From the IMG/VR virus record IMGVR_UViG_3300000271_000007, positions 1 to 61,380 of that record: a stretch of DNA of 61,380 nucleotides. One strand, written 5' to 3'. The DNA is from a virus. Lineage: Duplodnaviria > Caudoviricetes. The first letter of the stretch is position 1, and the number at the start of each line of letters is the position of its first letter. Shown here in pieces: positions 28,340 to 37,893 of this stretch. A program made the position numbers and the translations under genes. The notes beneath the pieces are model-generated. The model saw only the letters and a program-made list of their open reading frames with translations, had not been told where the DNA came from and made no database searches.

Positions 28340-29332
28340 TCAGTTGCCCGCAGTAGTGCCGGCCTCGCGGGCGGCAGGGGTGGCGTAGACCATCTGCCCG
28401 TCACGCAGCGGGGACTGGTCGGGGTCGCGCACCATCGGCGTGATGTGCACCTCGCCGCTGTCGATGCGGACACGCCCCACCGCCAGCGCTGCGGGCTCTG
28501 CTGGCGCCACCGTAAGCCCGGCGACCGATGCAGTCTGCGCCGTCTCGGCTTCGCTCAGGCCGTTGAGCATCAGCGGCTGCTCTGCTGGCGCCTGGGGAGC
28601 GGCTGCGGATCGAAGCGCGTCCAGTTCCAGCTTGAGGCTGTCGGTGTACGTCTGCATTTCATCGAACAGCATGCGCCAATCTCTCGCGGCTTCCTCGGCG
28701 GCAACAAACCGCTGACGCAGTACGCTTGCCATCGCTGGCGTGACGGCTGATCCTTGCCCCGACTCTCCGAGCCCGGCATCGCGCAGCGCGGCGCACGCGT
28801 CTGGCACTGACGCTTCCAGCTCTCGGCACAGGTCACGCAAAAGCAACGGCAAGAACTCACCGGCCTGCCCCGAAATCGACGCATCTGCGGGACGTGTCGA
28901 TGCGGGCGCCTGGGCTCCGATGCCGAGTCGGCGCTCAATGTCCCGCACGCACGCCTCGAATGCGTCCACTTCCTCGCGCAGCAGGCTGCTCAGCGGGTAG
29001 TGCTCCGTCATCACTTCGTCGATCTGCTGGCGCGTCAGCGGCGCCTTGGCTGCGATGGCGATGGCGGCACGCACCTTTGCCCTGTAATAGACCGGCCAGT
29101 CCCCGTGCATCGGCACGCCCGGAACAAGAATGTGGCCTTCAATCTTGCGGCCGATCTCTCGCATCATCTTGTCGATCTGCTCATCCGTCAGCGGCGCCTG
29201 GGCTGGCCCGGCCTGCGCTGCGAGGGCCTTGGCCGATTCGTCGAGAAGCATGGCAATGTCGTCGGCGCCTTCGTTGCGGCAGAGGTCGGCCTCGTCCTGA
29301 AGCCTCGAAATCAGGTCAGATTGCTTATTCAT
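28340..29332 (-). CDS. Hypothetical mosaic accessory protein
   Basis: 330 aa; repeated PLTDEQI / PLTRQQI modules. Confidence 0.7.
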   Translation of the reverse strand: MNKQSDLISRLQDEADLCRNEGADDIAMLLDESAKALAAQAGPAQAPLTDEQIDKMMREIGRKIEGHILVPGVPMHGDWPVYYRAKVRAAIAIAAKAPLTRQQIDEVMTEHYPLSSLLREEVDAFEACVRDIERRLGIGAQAPASTRPADASISGQAGEFLPLLLRDLCRELEASVPDACAALRDAGLGESGQGSAVTPAMASVLRQRFVAAEEAARDWRMLFDEMQTYTDSLKLELDALRSAAAPQAPAEQPLMLNGLSEAETAQTASVAGLTVAPAEPAALAVGRVRIDSGEVHITPMVRDPDQSPLRDGQMVYATPAAREAGTTAGN

Positions 29333-29353
29333 GCGATTTAGTCCTAGTACGCT

Positions 29354-29974
29354 TTACTTGTCATCGCCGGCCTGCGCTGCGATGCGTCGTGCGTCCCCGA
29401 TGCCACGCTGGTATGCAACGCGCTCGCCAAAGGTCTGCAAGTCGGCAGGCCAGTCGGGCAGGCCATGCCCCGGAACTTCACCCCGGAAAGCCTGCGCTGC
29501 GAGTTCTTGGCCTGCGTCGCAATGGCAGTAGCCTCGCCACTCGCCGATGATCGAAGTCACGTCGCCCGTGTCGTCGCAGTTCGGGCACCGTTCGGCCTGC
29601 GCTGCGATGGGCGCGGGCTGCGGGGAGGCGGCGTACAGGGCGCGGACTTCGTAAACCTTTTGGCCCTTGTAGGTGAATGCGCGCAGTTCTCGAATGCGCT
29701 CCTCTAGGGTCTGCATGCGTGGGTTCCAAGGCTTCACCTCCTCCCACTCTTGCTCATCGCGGTGACGGAACTGCCACAGCACCGGCTCAGGCTGCGCTGC
29801 TTCGGCTGCGCTGAGGGCTGCTTCCAGCGCTTCGATGTGCGCGCGCACGCCACCGGCAGGCACGCCCAAAAGCTCGTTGTCGAATCCGCCGACAGCGGTC
29901 AGGTCGGCGCGCATCTTGGCGACGATGGCGCGGATGGATTGCGCCTCCAGCAGCGCGGCTTGTGTGGTGGTCAT
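29354..29974 (-). CDS. Hypothetical accessory protein
   Basis: YEVRALYAA motif, CxxC module. Confidence 0.7.
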   Translation of the reverse strand: MTTTQAALLEAQSIRAIVAKMRADLTAVGGFDNELLGVPAGGVRAHIEALEAALSAAEAAQPEPVLWQFRHRDEQEWEEVKPWNPRMQTLEERIRELRAFTYKGQKVYEVRALYAASPQPAPIAAQAERCPNCDDTGDVTSIIGEWRGYCHCDAGQELAAQAFRGEVPGHGLPDWPADLQTFGERVAYQRGIGDARRIAAQAGDDK

Positions 29975-30228
29975 GTGGGCTTCTCCGGTTGCTTCAGGGC
30001 TTCGTCAATGGCCGCACGCAGAGCCAGCATCCCCTCGCGCGACGCGATGGTGATGGACTGCGCGGGCTCGTGCACGCCTTCGTCAGTCGAAGCCGTTGTG
30101 CTGATGATGACCATCGGGGCGTGCGCTCGGTCCTGGCCGGGCGCCATCCGGCGCCACGACGCGACGATTCCGACATAGCCAAGCACGACTGCGCCGACTT
30201 CGTACATGGGTGCTGCACTGGTGCTCAT
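29971..30228 (-). CDS. Hypothetical protein
   Basis: ATGA-coupled on both sides. Confidence 0.55.
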   Translation of the reverse strand: MSTSAAPMYEVGAVVLGYVGIVASWRRMAPGQDRAHAPMVIISTTASTDEGVHEPAQSITIASREGMLALRAAIDEALKQPEKPT

Positions 30229-30542
30229 GGTGTGGTGTCCTGGGTGGGTGTGCGCGGATTGGCCTTTGAGTGCGGCTTGGCCTCCGCAAAGCCGTGCGTA
30301 CACCAGCAGTAGCCGGCTGCGCCCGGCTGAATCTCGGGCATAGCCGCGAGGATGGACGGCGCCACTTTCGGAGGCAGTCTCACGACCAGCCGGTCGTTGC
30401 CCACGCGCTCGAAGTTCCGAAGCGCCACACGCTCGCGCAGCCGCTTAAATCGCTCCTGCGTCGTCGGCTCGATCCACGGCCCGCAGTCCACCAGCACATG
30501 CAGACCGGGCTGCATCGCGTTTCCCATCCAGTAGCCAGTCAT
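30225..30542 (-). CDS. Hypothetical protein
   Basis: MTGYW after AGGAGG; flanked by 25-bp direct repeats. Confidence 0.6.
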   Translation of the reverse strand: MTGYWMGNAMQPGLHVLVDCGPWIEPTTQERFKRLRERVALRNFERVGNDRLVVRLPPKVAPSILAAMPEIQPGAAGYCWCTHGFAEAKPHSKANPRTPTQDTTP

Positions 30543-31003
30543 CACCCGCCCTCCTTCGTGTCCTGGGTGGGTGTGCGCGGATGGTCGGAGGTCGGCACGT
30601 TGTCGAGATAGATCGCCCGCGACTTGCTGGCGGTGATCGGCGTTGGCCTCTGTGTCGTCTTGCTGCAAAGCAAGCGGTTATTCAGCAGATGGCGCCATTG
30701 ATTCGCGGAGTTCGGAACCGGACGATGCGGGCCGCCGTCATAGAGCTTGTTGAGCGTGCCGTCGCTGCGCCGGTAGTAGGGCGTACTGCGTGCCAGCGAT
30801 TCAACCGCCTGCGCACGCACCGCGATGTTGCCCCCGTGCTGGCAGATGCCACGCGCTTCTTCCTCGCTGTATCGCCCGGCCTTGTCGATGCAGATGGTGT
30901 AGCCCCGACTGTCAGGGTTCCACCACGTCACATGCTCATGGCTCTTGGTCGTGTGCCCGATGTGGGCGATCAGGTAGTCAGCCATCACCCGCCCTCCTTC
31001 GTG
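30235..31003. repeat. Overlapping direct repeats at gene junctions
   Basis: GTGTCCTGGGTGGGTGTGCGCGGAT at 30235-30259 and 30558-30582; CATCACCCGCCCTCCTTCGTG at 30540-30560 and 30983-31003. Confidence 0.9.
30542..30985 (-). CDS. Hypothetical protein, paralog of 33088..33486
   Basis: YLIAHIGHT...WW.PD..GYTICIDKAG.Y. Confidence 0.75.
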   Translation of the reverse strand: MADYLIAHIGHTTKSHEHVTWWNPDSRGYTICIDKAGRYSEEEARGICQHGGNIAVRAQAVESLARSTPYYRRSDGTLNKLYDGGPHRPVPNSANQWRHLLNNRLLCSKTTQRPTPITASKSRAIYLDNVPTSDHPRTPTQDTKEGG

Positions 31004-31971
31004 GGAGCTGAGGGGAACCCGTCATGCGTGCGGCCGTCCAGCAGGCGGCCGGCGGCTTTCTTGCCGATGCGCAGCGGATCGTCCGTCGCGTTGATCACCT
31101 GCTCGGCAGCGTCGGGGTTGCCGTCCTGCATCGCGCCCAGGTGCTCGCCCCACTGCTTGAACAGGAACGGCACGCCAGCCGCGGCGCACTGGTCGCGCAG
31201 GCTCTGCGCCCAGATCGGCTGCATCGGCCGCGCGCCGGGGCCGCTCTCTCCGCCGCAGATGACCCAGTGCAGCCCTGGGTGCAACGGCGCCTTCTCGTGC
31301 TCGGCCAGTGGTTCGCCGATGCTCCAGATGCCGCGGCCTTCGCACACCTCGCACTTACCGTCAGGCTCTTGCGATAGTCCGTGGCGTGTGCAGCCGGGGC
31401 GCAGCCACTTGTTGAGCCACACGGCGCCCAGCATCGGCTCGATGCTCAGGAACCGCACGCGCGCCGGCACCTGCAGCAGCTTCGGCACGTCGCGGTCGGC
31501 CTCGGCCTGGTTGACCACGGTGGCGCCGAGCCAGACGTTCGGCAGCGGCGCGCTGCCAAGGTCGCGCCAGCGGCTTCCGAGCGCGTCGCGCATCATGTCG
31601 GCCGCGTTGCCGATGCGCTTCGTCAGCAGCAGCCAGTCCAGGTGCGGCGTGTCGTGGATCAAAGCGAACAGGTCCGACCGCCATTCGTCCGGCACCTGGT
31701 TGTCGAACACGTCGGCCAGGCTCGCGCAGAACACACGGAAGCGCCGGCCCTCGCGCCCGGCCTGCGCATTCCAGCGCAGCGGCTGCTGCCAGTTCGCGGG
31801 GCTGGTGCGCCTGCGCGGCGCGCCCGGCCCCCAGTTGATCGCCATGCCACCGCCGAAGCGCGCGTTGCGCGTCTCCGCGTAGCAGTGGTCACAGCCCGGG
31901 CCGACCTTCTGACAGCCTTCCCAGGGGTTGAAGGTGTGGTCGCACCACTCGATTGCCGTGTTCTCAGCCAT
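30985..31971 (-). CDS. Phage Gp37/Gp68 (DUF5131) family protein
   Basis: IEWCDHTFNPWEGCQKVGPGCDHCYAE, LLLTKR, WVICGGESG, FLFKQWGE. Confidence 0.92.
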   Translation of the reverse strand: MAENTAIEWCDHTFNPWEGCQKVGPGCDHCYAETRNARFGGGMAINWGPGAPRRRTSPANWQQPLRWNAQAGREGRRFRVFCASLADVFDNQVPDEWRSDLFALIHDTPHLDWLLLTKRIGNAADMMRDALGSRWRDLGSAPLPNVWLGATVVNQAEADRDVPKLLQVPARVRFLSIEPMLGAVWLNKWLRPGCTRHGLSQEPDGKCEVCEGRGIWSIGEPLAEHEKAPLHPGLHWVICGGESGPGARPMQPIWAQSLRDQCAAAGVPFLFKQWGEHLGAMQDGNPDAAEQVINATDDPLRIGKKAAGRLLDGRTHDGFPSAPTKEGG

Positions 31972-32533
31972 GCTCCGCCCCCATCAGCATCATCTCCATC
32001 GCCAGATCCGGCGCGCACTCCGGGCCACGGGGTCGAACGGCGCGCGCCGCAGCCCCCACATCGAACCCCGGCGCCCGCGTGAACTCGCCGAGCCACACCG
32101 CCGCCATCCGCGGGTCCGCCAGCACCTGCTCGAACCGCATCCGCATCACCGGCCGCGAGCCGATGACGCCCATCGCGGCGTGCGTGTCGCGCACCAGGGA
32201 CGCGGCCAGCGCGCGGCGGCCAGCGCGGTCGTAGCGCATGCCGGTCATCGTCTCCAGGAACTTCGCGTGCGACCTCGCCTGCTGCCGGTGGTCGCGGTCG
32301 AGCCAGATCACGCGTACGTCGCCCGGCAGGCCCACGCGGTGCGGGTCGAGCACCTTCACGGCCTTCCCGCGGCTGGCTTCGATGAATGCCGGCGTCACGC
32401 GCTCGCGGACTTCCGGCACTTCGAAGGCCGGCCACTCGCCGACGCACGCCACGCCGCCCCGGTGCAGCATCTGCATCAGCATGCTGGTGCCACAGCGACC
32501 CAGGCCGGCAACGATGATGGTGGGCTCAGACAT
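31964..32533 (-). CDS. Sulfotransferase-like P-loop protein
   Basis: IIVAGLGRCGTSMLMQML resembling a PAPS-binding loop; VIWLDRD; MRFEQVLADP. Confidence 0.65.
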   Translation of the reverse strand: MSEPTIIVAGLGRCGTSMLMQMLHRGGVACVGEWPAFEVPEVRERVTPAFIEASRGKAVKVLDPHRVGLPGDVRVIWLDRDHRQQARSHAKFLETMTGMRYDRAGRRALAASLVRDTHAAMGVIGSRPVMRMRFEQVLADPRMAAVWLGEFTRAPGFDVGAAARAVRPRGPECAPDLAMEMMLMGAEHG

Positions 32534-33071
32534 TGCCCCGCTCCTGTGCGCTGCGTGCGGCGCGGGCGTGACGTTCGACCACGCTTGCCACATGCATTGC
32601 CCGCAGGTGCGCCTTTTCTTCGGCTGCTGCGCCGCCAGAGAAGTTGTTTCGCGCGTTCTCCGCCGCGAACCAAGCCTTCGCTTCAGCTTCTCGCGTGTCA
32701 AGAACACGCGTCAGCAATGCCCGCCACCGCTCTGCATCCCTGAGCGCTGCGTCTCGCTCTGCCGTGAGGCGGGTGATGGTGGGCTCCATGAAGTACAGCT
32801 TCCCGCTCACTTGCAGGTACTTCGTGTGCTCGCGTTGAACCTGGGCGGCAAGGGCCTTGTAGGCTCCGTACAGGGTTCCGCTGCCGTCGCAGTGGGGGCA
32901 ACACTCCGCGACGAGGAGCGCATCAGGTCCGCCGTTCTCGTACACATCGATAGTGCCCTCGCCTTCGCAGCGCGGGCACCAGTGCTCGCAGTTCTCCGGG
33001 TCGCCGGCATCCTGCGCAGCATCAGGGGATTCAGGGGCGGGGGGCATGCGTCCGGTATCTCTGGTGTCCAT
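32526..33071 (-). CDS. Hypothetical protein with DnaJ-type zinc finger
   Basis: CPRCEGEG and CPHCDGSG. Confidence 0.65.
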   Translation of the reverse strand: MDTRDTGRMPPAPESPDAAQDAGDPENCEHWCPRCEGEGTIDVYENGGPDALLVAECCPHCDGSGTLYGAYKALAAQVQREHTKYLQVSGKLYFMEPTITRLTAERDAALRDAERWRALLTRVLDTREAEAKAWFAAENARNNFSGGAAAEEKAHLRAMHVASVVERHARAARSAQERGNV

Positions 33072-33087
33072 CTCTTGCCTCGGGGGG

Positions 33088-33486
33088 TTAGGCCGGGATC
33101 GCGTCGAGGTAGATCGCGCGGGCCTTCTTCACGCTGATCGGCGTCGGCTTGATCGGTTGCGCGCAGCGGCCAAGACGCCCGGCCATCAAGCGCTTCCAGT
33201 TCTCCAACGAGTTCGCCACGGGGCGATGCGGGCCGCCGTCATAGAGCTTGTTCAGGCTGCCGTCCAAACGGCGGTAGTACGGCGTCGTCTTGGCGAGGCT
33301 CTCGGCCACTTGCTTTTCGACAGCGATGCACACGCCGACGCAGCAGATACCGCGCGCCTCCGACTCTGTGTAGAGCCCGGCCTTGTCGATGCAAATGGTG
33401 TAGCCGCAGTGATCCGGTTTCCACCAAGTGATGTGCTCGTGCTCTCGGTGCGTGTGGCCGATGTGGGCAATCAGGTACTGTCGCAT
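33088..33486 (-). CDS. Hypothetical protein, paralog of 30542..30985
   Basis: Near-identical motifs across full length. Confidence 0.75.
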   Translation of the reverse strand: MRQYLIAHIGHTHREHEHITWWKPDHCGYTICIDKAGLYTESEARGICCVGVCIAVEKQVAESLAKTTPYYRRLDGSLNKLYDGGPHRPVANSLENWKRLMAGRLGRCAQPIKPTPISVKKARAIYLDAIPA

Positions 33487-33527
33487 CGCTCGCTCTCTCG
33501 TCGGTTAGGTGGGGTGTAGGGGTGCGG

Positions 33528-33791
33528 TCAGGCGGGCACGCAGGCCGAAAGCACGTCCAAGCGAACCAGCGCCGCAGCCATCTCGGCGTGCATCGCTTCG
33601 CTGAAGGCCTCGGCATCGAGCCAGCCGGCGTCGGTCTTCACGGCCTCGACCCAGCAGGTCGGGCGGTCCTTGGTGCCGTCCGGGGCTTCGTCGCCTTCTT
33701 CCGCTCCCCACTGCACGGTGAGGTCCATGCCGGCAGCAGTGATGCGGGCCACGCGGTTGGGGTCGATGCGGTGGGTGGGGTAGGCGAGCAT
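33528..33791 (-). CDS. Hypothetical protein
   Basis: MLAYPTHRID after GAGG. Confidence 0.55.
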   Translation of the reverse strand: MLAYPTHRIDPNRVARITAAGMDLTVQWGAEEGDEAPDGTKDRPTCWVEAVKTDAGWLDAEAFSEAMHAEMAAALVRLDVLSACVPA

Positions 33792-33793
33792 GG

Positions 33794-34246
33794 TCAGGCG
33801 GCCTCGGCGAAGGCGAACACGCTGGACTGCGGCAGCGGTGCCGGGGTCAGGCCATGCTTGCGGTGGATCTTCGCCAGCAGCAGCGCATCGGATCGCTGCT
33901 TCTCGGGCGTCTTCCACGCACCACGTTCCGCTGCGCGGCGGCAGCACTCGGCCGGCGTCACCGCTTCCATGTGCTCAGGGTTCAGGCACAGCCGGTTGCA
34001 GCACGTCATCACCACGCGGTGGCCAGCGGGGATCGGACCCTTGCGCATCTCGAACACCACGCGACGGGCCAGCACCGTGCGCTTGGTCTGCCGCGTCGCA
34101 GGGTCGTAAGTGCTCTTGTCGTGCATCTGCGGGTAGCCGCCTTTGCGGCTCACAGTGCCCTGCCAGTTCAGGCAGTCACCGACCTTCTTGCACACGGCGC
34201 GGATGCTGGAGAAGGTCCGCGGCTTGCCGATGTTGATGCGCTTCAC
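33794..34246 (-). CDS. HNH-like (beta-beta-alpha-Me) protein, possibly degenerate
   Basis: CLNWQG...GYP...ARRVVFE...CCNRLCLNPEHM. Confidence 0.65.
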   Translation of the reverse strand: MKRINIGKPRTFSSIRAVCKKVGDCLNWQGTVSRKGGYPQMHDKSTYDPATRQTKRTVLARRVVFEMRKGPIPAGHRVVMTCCNRLCLNPEHMEAVTPAECCRRAAERGAWKTPEKQRSDALLLAKIHRKHGLTPAPLPQSSVFAFAEAA

Positions 34247-35400
34247 GCTGCACCCCGGTCGGCCAGGGCGTAGAACCGCGTCCACCACTCCGCGCCCACC
34301 TTGGGCTGGCTCGGGAAGCGGCAGGCGCGGGCTTCTGCGGCCAGGGCCTGCAGTTGGTTCGGGAGGGTCCACTGCCCATAGGGAATGCCGTTCGGGTGCT
34401 CGTTGGTCAGCACCGTGACGACGTACTGCGTGGACTCGGTGGCCGGCGTTTCCGGATAGGCAGCGGGCTTGCTGGCAACATCCACGCACAGGCCTTGGTT
34501 CACGTCATCCTGCATCGCCATCCCGGTGTCCGGGGCCTCGCCGCCCATTTCCTCCACCGTGGCAGCCGGGGCTGCGTCGGGTTCGTCGGGGACGATGGGG
34601 TCGGAGTCGGTCGGCCTGGAAACGCTTCCACCATCCAACACCTCGCCGGTGGCGGTGTCTACCACATCGCCGGCCGGGGTCGTGATCGTGGCAGCGCGCG
34701 CTGCGGCCAGTTCCGCCTGCAGCCGCTCGTTCTCGGCCTTCAGGCGCGCGGCTTCCACCGCGTCGGCGTGCAGCTGGCGCAACTGCACCAGCGCCTCGCC
34801 CTTCGCGTCCTCGGCCTGCTGGCGGTACTCCTGCCACTCGTCGCCGAACGACAGGCCTTCCACGAAGGCGATGGCAGCGGCGATGCGCTCGGCCGGCAGG
34901 CCGGTGGCCTGGCGGATGTAGCCGTAGATGCGCGCCACGCCCGCGGCCAGCTTGTCCTTGCGCTGGTCCTCAGCGCGCTGCGCTTCCTGCTTCTTGCGCA
35001 GCGCCTCGGCCTCGTGGTCGTCGCGGATCTTGACCAGGCGCGACTCGGTGGGCCCCAGGAACTTGATGATCTCGGCTTCCTCGGCGCCGATGGCCTTGCT
35101 GACCTTGGCGAGCTCGGCCTTGGATGCCTTGCTCACGTTCTGCGCGGCGTAGCGCGGCGCGCGCACGTCGGCGATGGCGGCGGCCAGTTCCTTGGCGCCC
35201 TTCGTGGTGCTCGGGTCGAACACCACTTCGCGGTAACGCTCCACCAGCGCCTGGGCCTGGGGCTTCCAGTCACCGAAGCGCGCCAGCGCCACGGCCTGCA
35301 GGTCGATGGTGGCCAGCGTCGCGCGCTGCGACACTTCGGGCGGCGGCGCCGGCGGCAGCGCGGCGTCGTCCAGGATGGGGAAGTCGAGTACGGCGTTCAT
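34243..35400 (-). CDS. Coiled-coil protein of the recombination module
   Basis: Follows exonuclease; helical; GAGGA RBS. Confidence 0.7.
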   Translation of the reverse strand: MNAVLDFPILDDAALPPAPPPEVSQRATLATIDLQAVALARFGDWKPQAQALVERYREVVFDPSTTKGAKELAAAIADVRAPRYAAQNVSKASKAELAKVSKAIGAEEAEIIKFLGPTESRLVKIRDDHEAEALRKKQEAQRAEDQRKDKLAAGVARIYGYIRQATGLPAERIAAAIAFVEGLSFGDEWQEYRQQAEDAKGEALVQLRQLHADAVEAARLKAENERLQAELAAARAATITTPAGDVVDTATGEVLDGGSVSRPTDSDPIVPDEPDAAPAATVEEMGGEAPDTGMAMQDDVNQGLCVDVASKPAAYPETPATESTQYVVTVLTNEHPNGIPYGQWTLPNQLQALAAEARACRFPSQPKVGAEWWTRFYALADRGAA

Positions 35401-35411
35401 GGTGTCCTCGC

Positions 35412-36176
35412 TCAGAACGGCAGGTCTTCCGGCACCTCGTCGGGGCGCACGGTCTTGGTGGGGGCAGCGGGCGCGGCGGCCGGCGGCTCGGGGTGTTGCG
35501 TGGTGGTGGGCTGCGCCGGCTCGGGCTCGGGCAGCGCGGCGTCAGCGCCAGCGGCCTGCATCAGCGCGCGCAGCCGGTCCTCGCACTGCGTCACGAAGCG
35601 GTCGAAGGCCACGAGGTCGTCCACCAGCGCCTGGATGGCGTTCTCGTCGCGCTCGATGCGCACGGTGTGCATCAGGTTCAGGTCGGGACACCACAGCGTG
35701 AGGTCCACCCACTTGCGGTGCAGCAGCCACATGGCACCGTTGCACTGGTCCACGTACTCGCTGATGTCGCCGCTGACCATCGCGTCGAACAGCGTCTTGC
35801 TGCTGACCATCGTCTTGCATTCCCACACGCCGTCGTCGTCGATCAGCCCGTCCACGCTCACGCCGAACTTGCCGTCGGGGGTGTAGGCGAAGCCGACTTC
35901 TTCCACCAAGCGACCGGTCTTGTCCTCGTAGCCGATGCGGGCCACGGGCTCCTGCTCGCTGCCCACGCGCATGTACTGGTTGGTCGGCGTCACGGGCGGC
36001 ACGCCACCGCAGCGCTGGCGCGCGACGTCGTAGGCGTAGCCCAGGGCCTTCGAGCCCCAGCCGCCGTTCTTGAGCTTGTCGCGGGCGTCCTTGAAGCGCG
36101 AGCCGGTGATGCGGCCCTGCCGGATGGACAGCCATTCCTCGCTGCCTTGCGCAGCGTCGTTCCACAGGATGCTCAT
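35412..36176 (-). CDS. YqaJ / lambda-type exonuclease
   Basis: QGSEEWLSIRQGRITGS, SVDGL, ECKT, Q motif. Confidence 0.9.
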   Translation of the reverse strand: MSILWNDAAQGSEEWLSIRQGRITGSRFKDARDKLKNGGWGSKALGYAYDVARQRCGGVPPVTPTNQYMRVGSEQEPVARIGYEDKTGRLVEEVGFAYTPDGKFGVSVDGLIDDDGVWECKTMVSSKTLFDAMVSGDISEYVDQCNGAMWLLHRKWVDLTLWCPDLNLMHTVRIERDENAIQALVDDLVAFDRFVTQCEDRLRALMQAAGADAALPEPEPAQPTTTQHPEPPAAAPAAPTKTVRPDEVPEDLPF

Positions 36177-36826
36177 GCTGCGGCCCCTTCCGTCTTCTTG
36201 GCCATCGCCACCAGCGTGCGCCGGTGCTGCACCGTCTCGTCCTTGAACTCCTGGTAGGCGTTCGGGTAGGCGCTCAGTTGCGCCTTGGCCTTGTTCCAGA
36301 ACTCCAACGCTTCCTTGTCGCTGGTGGTGGCGCGCACCTGCGCGACCAGTTGGCCCAGCAGCTGGCTCACCTTCTCGCCGGCACCGTCGTCGCCATCGCC
36401 GTTGCCCGGGTGGCGGCCGTTCTGGTCCAGGTCGTCGTCGGCGGCCACGCCCAGCAGCGGCGTGATCTGGTAGCGGCGCAGGTAGGTCACGGCCGCGCCG
36501 AACTCCTTGGGGTCGGCGTACTCGCGCTGGCTCTTGATGTCGAGCCGGGCCGACACGGCGCCGCCATCCTTGTGCGTCAGCCTCGTCTCGATGAACGTGG
36601 CGCCGCCGGGCTCGCTGCCCACGATCTGCATGATCCCCAGGCCGTGCTTCGTCAGCGCCGGCCGCGTGCGCAGGTTGATCTCGTCCAGGTCGGCATAGCG
36701 GAACTTGTACTTGCCGCCGGCCTTGGTGCTGATCGTCACCTCGCGGTTCTTGGTGATCGGCTGGAACTCGGCTTGTGCCGCAGCCAGCGCTGCGTACAGC
36801 GCGGAAGTCTTGGTGTCGTCGTCCAT
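36173..36826 (-). CDS. erf: ERF-family ssDNA annealing protein
   Basis: YADLDEI and GAAVTYLRRY...DDDLD signature. Confidence 0.92.
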   Translation of the reverse strand: MDDDTKTSALYAALAAAQAEFQPITKNREVTISTKAGGKYKFRYADLDEINLRTRPALTKHGLGIMQIVGSEPGGATFIETRLTHKDGGAVSARLDIKSQREYADPKEFGAAVTYLRRYQITPLLGVAADDDLDQNGRHPGNGDGDDGAGEKVSQLLGQLVAQVRATTSDKEALEFWNKAKAQLSAYPNAYQEFKDETVQHRRTLVAMAKKTEGAAA

Positions 36827-36839
36827 GTTGTTCCTCGGT

Positions 36840-37100
36840 TCAGGTCAGCCAAGCCATCAGTGCGAAGCCCAGCACAGCGCCGACCAGCACAGCACCAGGG
36901 ATCAGCAAGTCGAGCCGGTGGCGCATGTGGGCGGCAAACGAAGCGGCTTCTTCGTCGCGCTCGATGGCGTCGTTCGCCGCTAGCGTCGTGCCCTTGTCGG
37001 CGAGGTCTGCACAGGTGCAGGCGCGGCCCTGGTTGCACTTGCCGGTGCAGGACGTCTCGAACAGCGGACGGTGGCGGCGAATAGGGGTGAACGTGGTCAT
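36840..37100 (-). CDS. Small membrane protein
   Basis: CTGKCNQGRACTC plus C-terminal TM. Confidence 0.6.
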   Translation of the reverse strand: MTTFTPIRRHRPLFETSCTGKCNQGRACTCADLADKGTTLAANDAIERDEEAASFAAHMRHRLDLLIPGAVLVGAVLGFALMAWLT

Positions 37101-37112
37101 TTCAGGCTCCTA

Positions 37113-37610
37113 TCACTTGCGAACAGGCATCAGCAGGGCTTCGCCGCCAGCGAAGAGCAGCGCCGCCGCTTGGTGCGGCCCGTTGGTGCGGATGCGAACC
37201 TGCGGCAACTTCGACAGCAGATTCAGGTAGTGCAGTGCGAAAGCCGCGTCGCCGATGTCGAACGGCTCGGCCCAGAACCCGCTGCCATTGCAGCGCCAGC
37301 ACCCTTCGGGGTCATCTTCAGAGTCAGGCCATTGCCCGGACCCGTGGCACTCCGGGCACTGCTTGTCGTCCGGCAGCGGAGGCATCAGCAGGAACTCGCC
37401 TTCCACATTGCGATGCCATGTGTTGAACAGCGCCGGCAAGTTGTTGGGCTGCTTCTCGCTTCGGTCGGCGGCGCTGTAGGTGTCTGCTGGCACGCGCACA
37501 GCCATGTGCCCGTTGGTGGCGTAAACCCACTCACCGTCTCGCCACGGCGTTTGCAGGTACTCGCGGACTTCCCACTTGTTGGCGACAAACGGAAGAAGGT
37601 CGATGGTCAT
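37113..37610 (-). CDS. Hypothetical protein with CxxCxGxG finger and beta-clamp-like termini
   Basis: YATNGH...ALLMPVR. Confidence 0.6.
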   Translation of the reverse strand: MTIDLLPFVANKWEVREYLQTPWRDGEWVYATNGHMAVRVPADTYSAADRSEKQPNNLPALFNTWHRNVEGEFLLMPPLPDDKQCPECHGSGQWPDSEDDPEGCWRCNGSGFWAEPFDIGDAAFALHYLNLLSKLPQVRIRTNGPHQAAALLFAGGEALLMPVRK

Positions 37611-37611
37611 G

Positions 37612-37893
37612 TCAGGCTCCCAGGCGCCGGCCGCACTCGTCGGCGGCCGGCTGTTGATGCGTGTGCGGCTCATGCTTGGGCACGCCCTTCGCGCCGGCAG
37701 GAGTCGCAGGGTTCATCGAGGGCTGCAGGGCGTACAGCCGCACGCGCATGTCGGCGATCTGCCCGCGAAAGGCGCGTAGGCTCAGGGAGTCGATCAGCCC
37801 GTCCTTGGCGCAGGCGTGCATGTAGTTCTCGGCTTCCCAGATGCACCAGCGCAGCCACAGCGCCAGCACGGCGTCGAAGGCGCGGCGGATCAC
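37612..37893 (-). CDS. Hypothetical protein
   Basis: ATGA coupling. Confidence 0.5.
   Translation of the reverse strand: MIRRAFDAVLALWLRWCIWEAENYMHACAKDGLIDSLSLRAFRGQIADMRVRLYALQPSMNPATPAGAKGVPKHEPHTHQQPAADECGRRLGA

Noticed and set aside
33087-33510. GTTAGGC / GTTAGGT as further attC cores
   Set aside because: No matching L boxes or stem found nearby
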